A DNA stretch of 64,000 nt, taken from IMG/VR virus record IMGVR_UViG_3300021197_001080; one strand, 5' to 3'. This document shows, piece by piece, positions 18,198 through 27,728 of this stretch. The first letter of the stretch is position 1. Each line of letters starts with the position of its first letter. The notes beneath the pieces are model-generated. The model searched no databases and was not told where the DNA came from. It worked only from the letters and a program-made list of their open reading frames with translations. Made by a program: the position numbers and the translations under genes. The stretch is from an uncultured virus (IMG/VR IMGVR_UViG_3300021197_001080) (lineage: Duplodnaviria > Heunggongvirae > Uroviricota > Caudoviricetes).

Positions 18198-20264
18198 ATG
18201 ACGCTTTCTCCTTCTGTTGCTAAAGTTCTCAAAGAAGAGTCCGAGCAAGAACTTAGAGATAGACAGGCTAGACTCCAAGAGGAAGAGGAAAGAAAGAACC
18301 TCCAAGAGGAAGAGGAAAGAAAGAAACAAGAAGAAAACAATATTTCCGAAGAAATCGGAGAAGCACCCAAACAACAAGAAGCCCTCACTACTGAAAGTGA
18401 AAAACTGATTCGTAAAGTTCAGAAGTTCGGTCAACAGGTTGTCTTTTCTGATGATAACATGCAGGTCAAGAAAAAGAAGGGAACCGACTACAAGATTACC
18501 TCTTCTAGTAGAGGGAGTCTTTTCCCTTATATTTCTAGTGAGAAGAACTTTATGGAGTTCTTGGTTTTCCTCAATGCTTGTCTTAAAATGAAGGCTAGTG
18601 AGAAACTACCAAGCGCATACTTCTCAACTGATATCATAACCTATCTTTCAACCAATGATGAGGATGCTCAAGATTTGAGGCTTGAATTGGAAAACATCTG
18701 CGACGAGGCAAGAGACTTTGCACAGAAGCGTTACTCCGGAAGAGACATTAACGGATATGATGCTACAAGAATTGCATTTGAGAAAATCTATGCTAAGAGA
18801 TTCTTGACGAGCAAAGCGAGAAAAACACAAGCGAATGCTTTCAACAAGTTTTTGAGATTCTTGGAGACTGGAGAAGAACCTAGAAAAGAACTGGAATCTA
18901 CCTTCAAGGATTTGGAGAGAATGGCTAGTACCATTATCAATGCCCCTAAAGATATGGAAACTCAGAGGGCGGCGTTTGAGGAAAGACTCAGTAGTAAATA
19001 TTACGCTGGGGAACTTAGAACTACCATCAAGCAAAAGTCTAAATCCTACTTTGGTAAGCCTAGCGATGAAATCAAGGAATACATGGAAAGTCTTCCAGAG
19101 GACTTGAGAAAGGAGATTCTTGAACTCTATGAAGCAGAGGTTATCCCTAGAATTGAAGAAGAAATTAAAGCCGCTAAAGAAGGTAAGCGGGGAGCACTTA
19201 GAGAGGCGACTACTGCGAGAAGGCAGGAAGAAATTGAAAGGCTTCAAGATGAGATTGATGCCAAAGAAGCCAAACTTAAGAATCTTGGAAGAAATGAAAG
19301 CAAGGAACTTGAACAGAAGATTTCACGGGCTAAAAATAATTTGGAGGCTTGGAGAGAAAAGAACTTCAAGAGAGATGCTCAAGGGAAACTGATTCGTGAT
19401 GAAAAAATTATCAGTGCTTTCCAAAGGCAACAGGGTAGAGTTGAGAAAATCATTAGAGACACCAATGCACAATTGGCAACCCTTTCTAGGCAAGCATTTG
19501 AAAAGAAAAAGGCATTGGAAGAAGCAATTGGAAGAGACCGTAAGAAGTTGACCGATATGAAAATTAAAATGAGTGCTAGAAAAAGAAAGGCCTCTTCTAA
19601 GCAAGAACTGGGTTCCTCTTTGTTAGAACTCAAGGATATGCTAAATCCGGAATATTACAACGATGAGCACATCCGTCTACTAAGAGGTAAGTTTCTAGAA
19701 CAGTTTGTTGAAGAAAGCCTTGGTTCTTTCTTGGAAGAGAAGAGAGAGCAATTTGACAAGCAAGAAGACAACTGGAAGAAGTGGGTCGGAAAATACAGTA
19801 AAGTGGGAGACCAAATTAAGGAACTTAAGAAAGAGATTCCAACCGTTCAAGAAGTCGCTAAAGAAGTTGAGCGTTTAGCGAATCAAAGAAGAGATTCTGG
19901 TAGTCTGAGAGAACCATATCGTAGCAACCTTTCCCTTGGAAGAAAAACAATTTCTTCTTTTATTAGTGCTGGATACGAAGTTAAAGACATTGTGAAGAAC
20001 ACAAAGAGACTCATTGAGCAATATGATAGTATGGATGAGTATGTTGATGAAAGCATTTCTGATATGGTTTCTCAACTTAACATGGATATACAAGAAACGC
20101 AAGAAGACATTGAGGAAGAGTTAGACGAGTCCTTTAAGAAAAGACAAAGACTCAAGGAATCCATTCGTAGAGATGTTGGGCATCTTGATAGGAAGATGGA
20201 AAAACTCAGAGAGAACCTCAAAGCATACAAACCTAGTGATAGTAGCGGAACTGGAGATGAGTGA
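18198..20264 (+). CDS. long coiled-coil protein
   Basis: 688 aa, E/K/R-rich heptads; GAGGTGA SD. Confidence 0.75.
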   Translation: MTLSPSVAKVLKEESEQELRDRQARLQEEEERKNLQEEEERKKQEENNISEEIGEAPKQQEALTTESEKLIRKVQKFGQQVVFSDDNMQVKKKKGTDYKITSSSRGSLFPYISSEKNFMEFLVFLNACLKMKASEKLPSAYFSTDIITYLSTNDEDAQDLRLELENICDEARDFAQKRYSGRDINGYDATRIAFEKIYAKRFLTSKARKTQANAFNKFLRFLETGEEPRKELESTFKDLERMASTIINAPKDMETQRAAFEERLSSKYYAGELRTTIKQKSKSYFGKPSDEIKEYMESLPEDLRKEILELYEAEVIPRIEEEIKAAKEGKRGALREATTARRQEEIERLQDEIDAKEAKLKNLGRNESKELEQKISRAKNNLEAWREKNFKRDAQGKLIRDEKIISAFQRQQGRVEKIIRDTNAQLATLSRQAFEKKKALEEAIGRDRKKLTDMKIKMSARKRKASSKQELGSSLLELKDMLNPEYYNDEHIRLLRGKFLEQFVEESLGSFLEEKREQFDKQEDNWKKWVGKYSKVGDQIKELKKEIPTVQEVAKEVERLANQRRDSGSLREPYRSNLSLGRKTISSFISAGYEVKDIVKNTKRLIEQYDSMDEYVDESISDMVSQLNMDIQETQEDIEEELDESFKKRQRLKESIRRDVGHLDRKMEKLRENLKAYKPSDSSGTGDE
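18273..18325 (+). repeat. 27-bp tandem duplication (LQEEEERKx x2)
   Basis: ctccaagaggaagaggaaagaaagaa occurs twice in tandem. Confidence 0.85.
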
Positions 20265-20612
20265 ATGGTTTGGACACATATTTTGAAGGAAGAAGCAGAA
20301 GGCCCTATGGATGTTCTTTCGTCGCTTAACGATAAGAAGAGAAAAAGACTGAAGAAGACCCTACAGTCGGCTGAACCAACTGAGTTTTTTGGTCAAGACT
20401 TTACCAAACTTGGAGAATTGATTGAATTAATGCGTGACCTTAACTTGGTTAAGTCCGACAAGAAACTCAATAAGAAGATGGAAGCGATGGATGAGCGCAA
20501 TATTGACATAGTGGCCACCGCTACAAAACTTCGTAAGGAATATGAATTGCTCTTTAGGCAATTGAGAGATATGGTTTATCCACCAAAAAAGGAGGTAGAG
20601 AAGTATGAGTGA
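20265..20612 (+). CDS. small W-tag protein (MVWTHILKE...)
   Basis: Recurrent N-terminal motif; helical. Confidence 0.7.
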   Translation: MVWTHILKEEAEGPMDVLSSLNDKKRKRLKKTLQSAEPTEFFGQDFTKLGELIELMRDLNLVKSDKKLNKKMEAMDERNIDIVATATKLRKEYELLFRQLRDMVYPPKKEVEKYE

Positions 20613-20847
20613 AGAGAATACAATTAATGCAGATGTGCTGGCTATTGTGAAGGCCTTGGCCGACAAAGTTGAGAGCCTAGAAAAAACAATTTACGCCAAA
20701 GACAGTCTTTTGATGAAGGCTGGCCTTGTTGTCACGCAAAGTCCAACTCCAAGTATGAATAGAACCATTGGAGGTACTTCTACACTAGGCGATATTTCTA
20801 GGATGGATTGGGGCGACATTCATAAAATGATTAAGGAGTTTGAGTAA
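20605..20847 (+). CDS. small protein with scaffold-like C-terminus (MDWGDIHKMIK)
   Basis: C-terminus DISRMDWGDIHKMI resembles DIASMDWADVHRLI at the end of the protease/scaffold. Confidence 0.7.
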   Translation: MSEENTINADVLAIVKALADKVESLEKTIYAKDSLLMKAGLVVTQSPTPSMNRTIGGTSTLGDISRMDWGDIHKMIKEFE

Positions 20848-21082
20848 TATGCCGGAGAAAGTCACACAGGAAGAAAGAATGGTTAGCCTTGCAATTGAAA
20901 GGGCTCGCATAGCAAAAGAAATGTTGCAGGAAGAGTCTACTCATGAAAGGCTTCCTCTTAAAGATGAGAGTGAGCAAGTTAAGGTAAAGAAACCTAAGAA
21001 CCTACAGGCAGATAAAATCCAAAACCAAACTGCTAAGGACGAAGGCTACGGGTTGGCTGGTGAAGTTACCGACAATTCGTGA
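20840..21082 (+). CDS. hypothetical protein
   Basis: 80-aa ORF in the operon. Confidence 0.6.
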   Translation: MSNMPEKVTQEERMVSLAIERARIAKEMLQEESTHERLPLKDESEQVKVKKPKNLQADKIQNQTAKDEGYGLAGEVTDNS

Positions 21083-21087
21083 TTTCT

Positions 21088-23595
21088 ATGAAACTCGGTA
21101 CGGTAGAGAAGGATAGGCAACCTTCGGTTGAAATCCTTCGCCTTTTTGAGAAGGTTAGAGTTGCTTATCTTTCAGCCAACGAAGACCCCAAGGAATATGG
21201 GAGTCGTTGGCGAAGCGCAGTTAAAATAATTGATGAATCGTTTAATGAGTATGATTCTGCTGGAAAAGAAATGAAAAATTTCATCAAAGATAGTGATTTG
21301 GAAGACAATGAGGCTAAGAATCCTCAAAGCCAAACTGCTAGAAGATTGTACGAGGGCATCAAGGCGATGCGCTATGCTTCTGAGTTGGTTGATGACCCAT
21401 TTGCTAGGAGGTTTGGTGAAAATGTCTTGGAAGGTCTCCTTGAATCTCCCGAAAACATGGTTAAGTTTGTCCACTATGCTCTAAGGGCTGATTCCAAGGC
21501 ACTGCCGAAAGAAGTTTGGGCAATTAAAAATATGGAAGAAGATACGATGACTGACGGGCTTCAAGGTTTAGACCTTCAAGAGGAAGACATTGCTCTCTAC
21601 GCTATTGAGCATTATGGGGATGGCAAAGACTCAAAGAAAGTAGAAAAGAAAGTTAAGCAAGCCTTAGAGATGCTAGAACTCCTTTACTTTTCTCGCTATG
21701 ATAAGGAAGAACTTGACGACCTCAAAGAAATAGAAAAGGCTGAAAAGGCTCAAAGTGATTTCTATGTTCCTAACAAACCAATGTATCGTATCTTTGATAT
21801 TGAAGACATTAACGAACTGAAGGGTTTTAGTGGTAACTGGGTTGTCCAAGAAAAGTATGATGGCATGCGAGTTCAATTGCACAAGATTGACAACAATATC
21901 AAAATCTTCTCTTACAATGAGAAAGACATCACCGACAAGTGTGAAGAACAAGTCAAGGAACTCAGCGTAAAGAAGTTTGGAGATTGTATTCTTGATGCTG
22001 AACTGATGCTCTTTGACGGTGATGAGCCACTACACAGAGCAGATACCATTGCCCATGTATTCAAGGGTAAATACCCCGATGCTAAATTGAGGTGTGCGGT
22101 CTTTGACATTATACGACATGAGGAGCAGACCCTCGCTGATGAGGAACTTGAAAAAAGAATTACAACTCTATTCAACAACTATTCTGGCTACTCAAGTGAT
22201 GCGTTGGCTTTCCCTTCAAAGAAAGACACAAGGCTGGCAGATAACATCAAAGATGTAGAAGAATATTCAAAAGAAATTATGGAGATGCCCACCGCAGAAG
22301 GAGTGGTTATCAAAGACGCAACTTCAACTTATTACATCGGGACTAAGAAGAACCCAAAGTGGATTAAGTGGAAGAAGTTTGTTGACCTAGATTTGATTGT
22401 TCTAGAAAAGAAAGAAACTAAATCAAACCTATTCTCATATACTCTCGGTGCTGGTCCGGTTGTGGAAGAAAGCAAATTTACTGAAGAGATTGATGGTTCT
22501 TTATTTCTTAATGTTGGTAAAGCATTGAATACCTCAATTGAAGTTGATGTTGGAGATATTGTTCGTGTTAAGGTTGATGAAGTCAAACCAGCAGAAGATA
22601 GATTCACCATTTATTCTGCAAAGGTCATTGAGGTCCCGGAAGTGGAATATCCCGATAAGGTTGTTACTCTAGAATTACTGGCGCAAGACACAAAGAAATC
22701 CCTTAATTATGATGTTAAGGCTCTTGAGAAAGGAATTAAGATTACTGACCATATTCATGGAGAAGCCAGCATTATCATGAAAGGTGAGATGGATGGCTTT
22801 ACTATCTATGGTTTTGAGGAAGATAACTTGATGGCTAAGAACGCTATTGCAGATTTGGACTTATGGAAAGAAGCCGCAGTTAAGATTATGAAAACGAAGA
22901 ATAGCGAGATGTTTAATGCTATCTTCCAGTTCTTGAAAGAAAGTGGCCCTAAAGATTTGAGAGACATTGATGAATTCTTGAAGAAGACTCAATCTTCTTT
23001 GTACGAAGATACCAATGAGTCAAACAAAAAGGAACTTGTCAACTGGCTCAAAGTGAGAAGAGGTGATGGGATTCAGTTCGTCAACAAGAAGTATCAAGTT
23101 GACCCAAGTAAGATTCTATTGGAAGAAGAGGATGACTTGAACGGTGAAATTCTGAAACAATACAAGACTCCAGAAAAATACAGAACCGGTGAGTTCAAAA
23201 TCTACGATAGGGATGATGGTAACTTGAATATCATCATGTCTCTTGGGGATGAATCAATTAACTGGTATATTGATACCGATAAAACCGAAGACATCTTTGA
23301 GTTGTTTGGAAAGGCTGGTAAATTCCCAGCAGAGGTCGCCTCTAGTGTTCAGAAAGATAAAGTTCTAGATTCCGGAAAGGTAGAACTGGGAATTCAAAGA
23401 CATGGCTATCACGAATATTTCCTTGAGGGAAATAAATTCCAAACAAAGTTTCATGTTCGCTATCTACCGGTACAAGGCAAAAAGATGTGGATTGCTTGGA
23501 CAGGATATAAACAGACACCGGCTAAAGTAGAAGGTGATGAAGGTCTATGGGATATTACAGAAGACAAGCACTCAGAGGTTAAAATCCCAAAATAA
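21088..23595 (+). CDS. lig: ATP-dependent DNA ligase with long N- and C-terminal extensions
   Basis: Motif I EKYDGMR, III ILDAE, IIIa FDII, IV EGVVIK, V WIKWK, then an OB domain. Confidence 0.9.
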   Translation: MKLGTVEKDRQPSVEILRLFEKVRVAYLSANEDPKEYGSRWRSAVKIIDESFNEYDSAGKEMKNFIKDSDLEDNEAKNPQSQTARRLYEGIKAMRYASELVDDPFARRFGENVLEGLLESPENMVKFVHYALRADSKALPKEVWAIKNMEEDTMTDGLQGLDLQEEDIALYAIEHYGDGKDSKKVEKKVKQALEMLELLYFSRYDKEELDDLKEIEKAEKAQSDFYVPNKPMYRIFDIEDINELKGFSGNWVVQEKYDGMRVQLHKIDNNIKIFSYNEKDITDKCEEQVKELSVKKFGDCILDAELMLFDGDEPLHRADTIAHVFKGKYPDAKLRCAVFDIIRHEEQTLADEELEKRITTLFNNYSGYSSDALAFPSKKDTRLADNIKDVEEYSKEIMEMPTAEGVVIKDATSTYYIGTKKNPKWIKWKKFVDLDLIVLEKKETKSNLFSYTLGAGPVVEESKFTEEIDGSLFLNVGKALNTSIEVDVGDIVRVKVDEVKPAEDRFTIYSAKVIEVPEVEYPDKVVTLELLAQDTKKSLNYDVKALEKGIKITDHIHGEASIIMKGEMDGFTIYGFEEDNLMAKNAIADLDLWKEAAVKIMKTKNSEMFNAIFQFLKESGPKDLRDIDEFLKKTQSSLYEDTNESNKKELVNWLKVRRGDGIQFVNKKYQVDPSKILLEEEDDLNGEILKQYKTPEKYRTGEFKIYDRDDGNLNIIMSLGDESINWYIDTDKTEDIFELFGKAGKFPAEVASSVQKDKVLDSGKVELGIQRHGYHEYFLEGNKFQTKFHVRYLPVQGKKMWIAWTGYKQTPAKVEGDEGLWDITEDKHSEVKIPK

Positions 23596-23601
23596 GCGTG
23601 T

Positions 23602-23616
23602 TCTTTAAGTAGTAGA
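23602..23616 (+). promoter_or_regulatory. candidate archaeal TATA-like late promoter (TTCTTTAAGTAG)
   Basis: Intergenic TTTAAGTA ~25-30 nt upstream of the protease start; similar CTTTAAAGTAG at ~1185. Confidence 0.35.
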
Positions 23617-23632
23617 TGACAGAAGGGGAGGA

Positions 23633-24796
23633 ATGAAACCGATGGCAACAATGCTCAAGGCGGAAAGAAATGATGAATTTCAGATTCTCAAAAGCGACGA
23701 ACTGATGATTGGGGGATATGCTAGTATTGAAATCGTAGACAAACAAAACGATTTAATTACCCTAAAAGCACTTAACGAAGCAGTTCAAAAATTCATGGGA
23801 GCAGACAGATTTAGGAATGTAATGACAAACCATTCAAATGTCCAAGTCGGTGAAGTAGTAAAATCATACAGAGATAAAGCAGGGAGAATTTGGAAAACCG
23901 AAGTAGATGATGTAGGCTTCTTTGTAGTAATCAAACTCCGTGACGATATTGAAAAAGCAAAGGAAATAAACAGAGGAATTCGCAAAGGGTCATTAAGGTC
24001 GTTTAGCATAGGAGGTCAGGCACTACAGAAGGTTAAGAAATCTCATTCCGAATTAGGAGAATATAATGAGATTAGCAAACTTGAACTTCATGAAGTGACC
24101 ATCTGTGAAAAAGGAATTAATCCCGAAGCGAGATTTGACATATTGAAACAAGAAAAAGGTGATACTATGAGTAAAATGGAAAAAGCATTGGCTGAATTGG
24201 ACGCACTTATGGAAGAGGTTAACACTCTCCGTAAGGAAGAAATGAACGAAGAAGAAATGGAGAGCATGGCTATGCCCGAAGAAGAGGAAGAGTCAATGGC
24301 CTACTCCGATGGTGAGGCAAAAGCCCTTGTCCCAACAGAAGACGGTGCTGGTGTTGAAATCGGTGAACCCGCAGACCGTGTGGTTATTGATAACGGAAAG
24401 CCCAAAGCCTCCGACATGCCTGTTGTGAAGGCTTTTGACAACCAAGAAGTTGCTTCTCTCAACCTCACAAAGGAAAACATTGAGAAGGCTTACGACGCTT
24501 TCCGAGCAGAGCAACTAGAAAAGTTGGCTTTCTCAGAATTGCAAAAGTCCTTTGAAGGTCGCTTCCAGTCGGAAATCTCTAACCGAGAAGACACTCTCGC
24601 TAAGGCACAATATGATGCCGCTTCAGAGATTGCTTCACTCAAGGAAGAGTTCAGTGAACTTCGCAAGTCTTTGACTGCTGAGAGAGACGCTATCGTTAAG
24701 GCTCAAGAAGCAGTTAGCGCAAACATTCCATCAATGAACGACATTGCCTCAATGGATTGGGCTGATGTTCATCGTCTCATTGGAGGAAACTATTGA
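23633..24796 (+). CDS. HK97-type prohead protease fused to scaffold
   Basis: IGGYAS..D..ND, catalytic H (NHSN), S (SFSIGG), ELHEVT..NPEA; acidic coiled-coil C-terminal half. Confidence 0.9.
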   Translation: MKPMATMLKAERNDEFQILKSDELMIGGYASIEIVDKQNDLITLKALNEAVQKFMGADRFRNVMTNHSNVQVGEVVKSYRDKAGRIWKTEVDDVGFFVVIKLRDDIEKAKEINRGIRKGSLRSFSIGGQALQKVKKSHSELGEYNEISKLELHEVTICEKGINPEARFDILKQEKGDTMSKMEKALAELDALMEEVNTLRKEEMNEEEMESMAMPEEEEESMAYSDGEAKALVPTEDGAGVEIGEPADRVVIDNGKPKASDMPVVKAFDNQEVASLNLTKENIEKAYDAFRAEQLEKLAFSELQKSFEGRFQSEISNREDTLAKAQYDAASEIASLKEEFSELRKSLTAERDAIVKAQEAVSANIPSMNDIASMDWADVHRLIGGNY

Positions 24797-24805
24797 GGTG
24801 ATATT

Positions 24806-26107
24806 ATGGGATACATTAACACGATTGCAGATTTGGAAGCACAAAGTTACGGACTGAACATGGCAGGTTACGCTGGCAACGATTTGTTGAAAGCGGCTGG
24901 CGCATTGAGTGGTCTTCACACTACTCACGATGGCGCACAAACCGCCCCAACTGGTCATTTGGCCAGTCTTTACAACCAAGTGTATGGCCAAAAGGTTTGG
25001 TCTATGCTTAACAGAGAGTGCAACGCACTTTCCGTTATCTCAAAGCGTCCTTACACTTCTAGTGGTTGGAGAGTTCTCTCCGAGAGACCCGCTGGTGGTT
25101 CAAATGCCGCTCTATCTATCGGAACAAGTGGTGCTATTGGTGCCGCTACTACTTCCGCTGATTTGATTGGTGGCGTTTCTGAAAACCAAAGCATTGGTAG
25201 TGGTGCGCTTCAAGCCATTGCTCCAAGTTACTCACAACTGTATCTTTCCCCAAAGACGGTTGCTCATCAGTTTGAGTTCAGTGAAATCGCTATTGAAATG
25301 GCTAAGATTGACGACGGCATTGGTGACCTCCGAGCACAAATGCGAGAAGACATGGGTAAGCATCACGCTGAGATGCAGAACAAGATGCTTGTGATGCCTC
25401 TTGAGTTCTACGGAGAGCCTACTGCTTTGGCTGATTTGGAAGACAACTATACTTCGCTCTACAAAGTCATCACCTCTACTTCTGAGATTGACCAAGCAGA
25501 TACGGACAACCTTTACTCCGAAGCACAAGGAGACATGATTAACAACATTTACGGAACTGATAGAACTCAAGCGTCTTTCCTTGATGCTACTGTTGATTAC
25601 GGTGATGGATATGTTGCGGCTGATGTGCGAAGTCTTACGCTTGCTCGTTTGAACAACCTTATCCGTGACCTTCGCATTGAAGGTGGCTCGCCAAAGGTTA
25701 TCTTGACTGGATACGATACCATTCAAGCCTTGGCTGACCTGCTTCAAGCACAAGAGCGATTCATGGACCGAAAGGAAATTGTTCCAACGGTGAATGGTGT
25801 TCGTGGTGTTAAGGGTCAAGAGGTCGGCTTCCGAGTCTCTACCTACTACGACATTCCTCTCATCCCTGTGAAGGATATGGCTTCTACCACGCACTCCTCT
25901 GTGACTGGTATTGCTGACCTGATGTTCCTTGATACTGACCACCTTTGGCTCTCTGTCATGAAGCCAACGCAATATCTTGAAGATGGTATTACCAACGGCA
26001 ACCCATTCGGTGTGGGTCGTCTAGGTAACACCGGACTTTACCGAACAATTGGTGAAGTCGGCTGTTCTTTCTTCAAGGGTCAAGGCAAGATTACCAACCT
26101 TCAATGA
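24806..26107 (+). CDS. major capsid protein (HK97 fold)
   Basis: 433 aa directly after the protease; strong GAGGTGA SD; biased codon usage; C-terminal G.ITNL. Confidence 0.85.
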   Translation: MGYINTIADLEAQSYGLNMAGYAGNDLLKAAGALSGLHTTHDGAQTAPTGHLASLYNQVYGQKVWSMLNRECNALSVISKRPYTSSGWRVLSERPAGGSNAALSIGTSGAIGAATTSADLIGGVSENQSIGSGALQAIAPSYSQLYLSPKTVAHQFEFSEIAIEMAKIDDGIGDLRAQMREDMGKHHAEMQNKMLVMPLEFYGEPTALADLEDNYTSLYKVITSTSEIDQADTDNLYSEAQGDMINNIYGTDRTQASFLDATVDYGDGYVAADVRSLTLARLNNLIRDLRIEGGSPKVILTGYDTIQALADLLQAQERFMDRKEIVPTVNGVRGVKGQEVGFRVSTYYDIPLIPVKDMASTTHSSVTGIADLMFLDTDHLWLSVMKPTQYLEDGITNGNPFGVGRLGNTGLYRTIGEVGCSFFKGQGKITNLQ

Positions 26108-26117
26108 GGTGTTTTAA

Positions 26118-26384
26118 GTGGCTTTTACTACTACAACAACCTCAAACACGGTGTTTGGGAATAAGAGGATTGTCTTCGGAACATTTACCAGCGATGGCGG
26201 TTCTACGGGTGGAGAAGTCCCTACGGGTCTATCCTCAGTAGACTTCCTCGTTTGTATGGCTACTGCTAGTCCAAGTGCAATACAACTCAATGAAACCTTC
26301 CCTCTTGCTAGCGGGAGCGTTACCATTGTATCCGTTCCAGACGAAACGGGTATTTGGATGGCTATTGGCGATGGGTTGGTTTGA
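26118..26384 (+). CDS. small beta-rich virion protein (decoration-like)
   Basis: T/G/S-rich, follows the MCP; GAGGTG SD. Confidence 0.55.
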   Translation: MAFTTTTTSNTVFGNKRIVFGTFTSDGGSTGGEVPTGLSSVDFLVCMATASPSAIQLNETFPLASGSVTIVSVPDETGIWMAIGDGLV

Positions 26385-26393
26385 GGGATTTTC

Positions 26394-26720
26394 TTGGCTT
26401 TCATGGAAATCGCAGAATCATCAACTCTCCGAAGATTCAAGTGCCGGGTTCACTTTACTGAAGTCTCCTTGGTGAAAGGGGAAAAGGTGGAAGTGCCTAA
26501 CGGGTGGGCTATCTCCGCTCTTAGTCACAATGACCTTCTCTTCTCCTTCACTAAGGAAGATGAGGCTTTCTTCAAGGGACTGGACGAGGGTAAACTTGCA
26601 TCCATCAACCGGCAAGTGGAAGAAGAAATTCTTTCAGCCAAGGATGCGATTACTCTCTTCATCCCTAAGACGAGAACCAAGAAGGCTTCTAAAGCGGCTA
26701 CCAAGGCAAAGAAAGAGTAA
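26394..26720 (+). CDS. hypothetical protein
   Basis: 108 aa with K/A-rich tail. Confidence 0.55.
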   Translation: MAFMEIAESSTLRRFKCRVHFTEVSLVKGEKVEVPNGWAISALSHNDLLFSFTKEDEAFFKGLDEGKLASINRQVEEEILSAKDAITLFIPKTRTKKASKAATKAKKE

Positions 26721-26791
26721 TCTTTCTAACAGGTGCTTTGGAAGACGAATTAAATAGGTGAACGGTTAAGGGTATAACAGGGGAACTTTGT

Positions 26792-27082
26792 ATGGGGTTT
26801 GCTGGTTGTAGAACGAGTGGCGTATTGACTGCCAGCGGCGTAGTCATGAAGGGACATGCCTTACTCATAAGCATTCATGCTTGTGAGGTTGGCGGAACTA
26901 ACCCAGTCACAGTGAAAATCTACGATGGAACCTCCTCTAGTGGCAAAGAGATTGCTCGGCTAAGTATTGCCGCAAATCAAACAATTGAGTTTGATATGCA
27001 CGGTGTAATGTGTAAGACGGGCATTTACTTTGAAGAGGTCACTGGAGGAGGCGACTCGGCAGTCTCTATTGAGTTCGCTTGA
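26792..27082 (+). CDS. small beta-sandwich virion-like protein
   Basis: Alternating beta pattern (VTVKIYDG...GIYF). Confidence 0.6.
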   Translation: MGFAGCRTSGVLTASGVVMKGHALLISIHACEVGGTNPVTVKIYDGTSSSGKEIARLSIAANQTIEFDMHGVMCKTGIYFEEVTGGGDSAVSIEFA

Positions 27083-27091
27083 GGTTATCGC

Positions 27092-27502
27092 ATGGCGGTA
27101 TTGAATCAAGACACTAGGCTGGTTATGACGATACTTTTCGTTGGAACACTAAGCGGAGCGAATGTTTTCTTCTATGCACAGTATGGGACGAATTTCCCGT
27201 ATGGGCCACTAGCGCATTCTGTTCTATTTGGTCTTGGAACCATTGGTTCAATCATGGTGATGAAAGCCCTCTTTGACTTGGCTCTAAATGACCGCATTGA
27301 ATTAATGCTACTTGACCGAAAGATTGCCGCTTATTGGGCAAGAAAGGCTAGAGATGCAGAGCAGAGGACAAAACTCTTAGAAAGTGCAAAACAATACTCT
27401 AGCAGTTTCGGTACATCTCCATTCCAACAAACACCCCAAATGCTCAATCAAGAGAGTGATGGAAATTCAGTTTCCAATGAGTTCTTGATTGGTCTTCAGT
27501 GA
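27092..27502 (+). CDS. membrane protein (2 predicted TM helices)
   Basis: Hydrophobic segments LVMTILFVGTLSGANVFFY and VLFGLGTIGSIMVM; polar C-terminus. Confidence 0.7.
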   Translation: MAVLNQDTRLVMTILFVGTLSGANVFFYAQYGTNFPYGPLAHSVLFGLGTIGSIMVMKALFDLALNDRIELMLLDRKIAAYWARKARDAEQRTKLLESAKQYSSSFGTSPFQQTPQMLNQESDGNSVSNEFLIGLQ

Positions 27503-27505
27503 GGG

Positions 27506-27727
27506 TTGGGGATGTTAGGCGACTTTATGGGCTTCTCCGATTCGGACTATGCCTATAATCAGACTAGAGCGCACTCTGCTGACATTTTCTTTTTGAAAAT
27601 AAGAGCGTGGTTTTGGGGTATTTTTGGTACGCTTTCGGGTTTTCTTCTAGGTAACATCATGGGTGTTTTTGATATAAACATCATGGGTTGGATTATAGAT
27701 GCCGTGACTGGTTTGTGGGGGCATTGA
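27506..27727 (+). CDS. small membrane protein
   Basis: Gly/aromatic-rich hydrophobic C-terminal half. Confidence 0.65.
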   Translation: MGMLGDFMGFSDSDYAYNQTRAHSADIFFLKIRAWFWGIFGTLSGFLLGNIMGVFDINIMGWIIDAVTGLWGH

Positions 27728-27728
27728 T

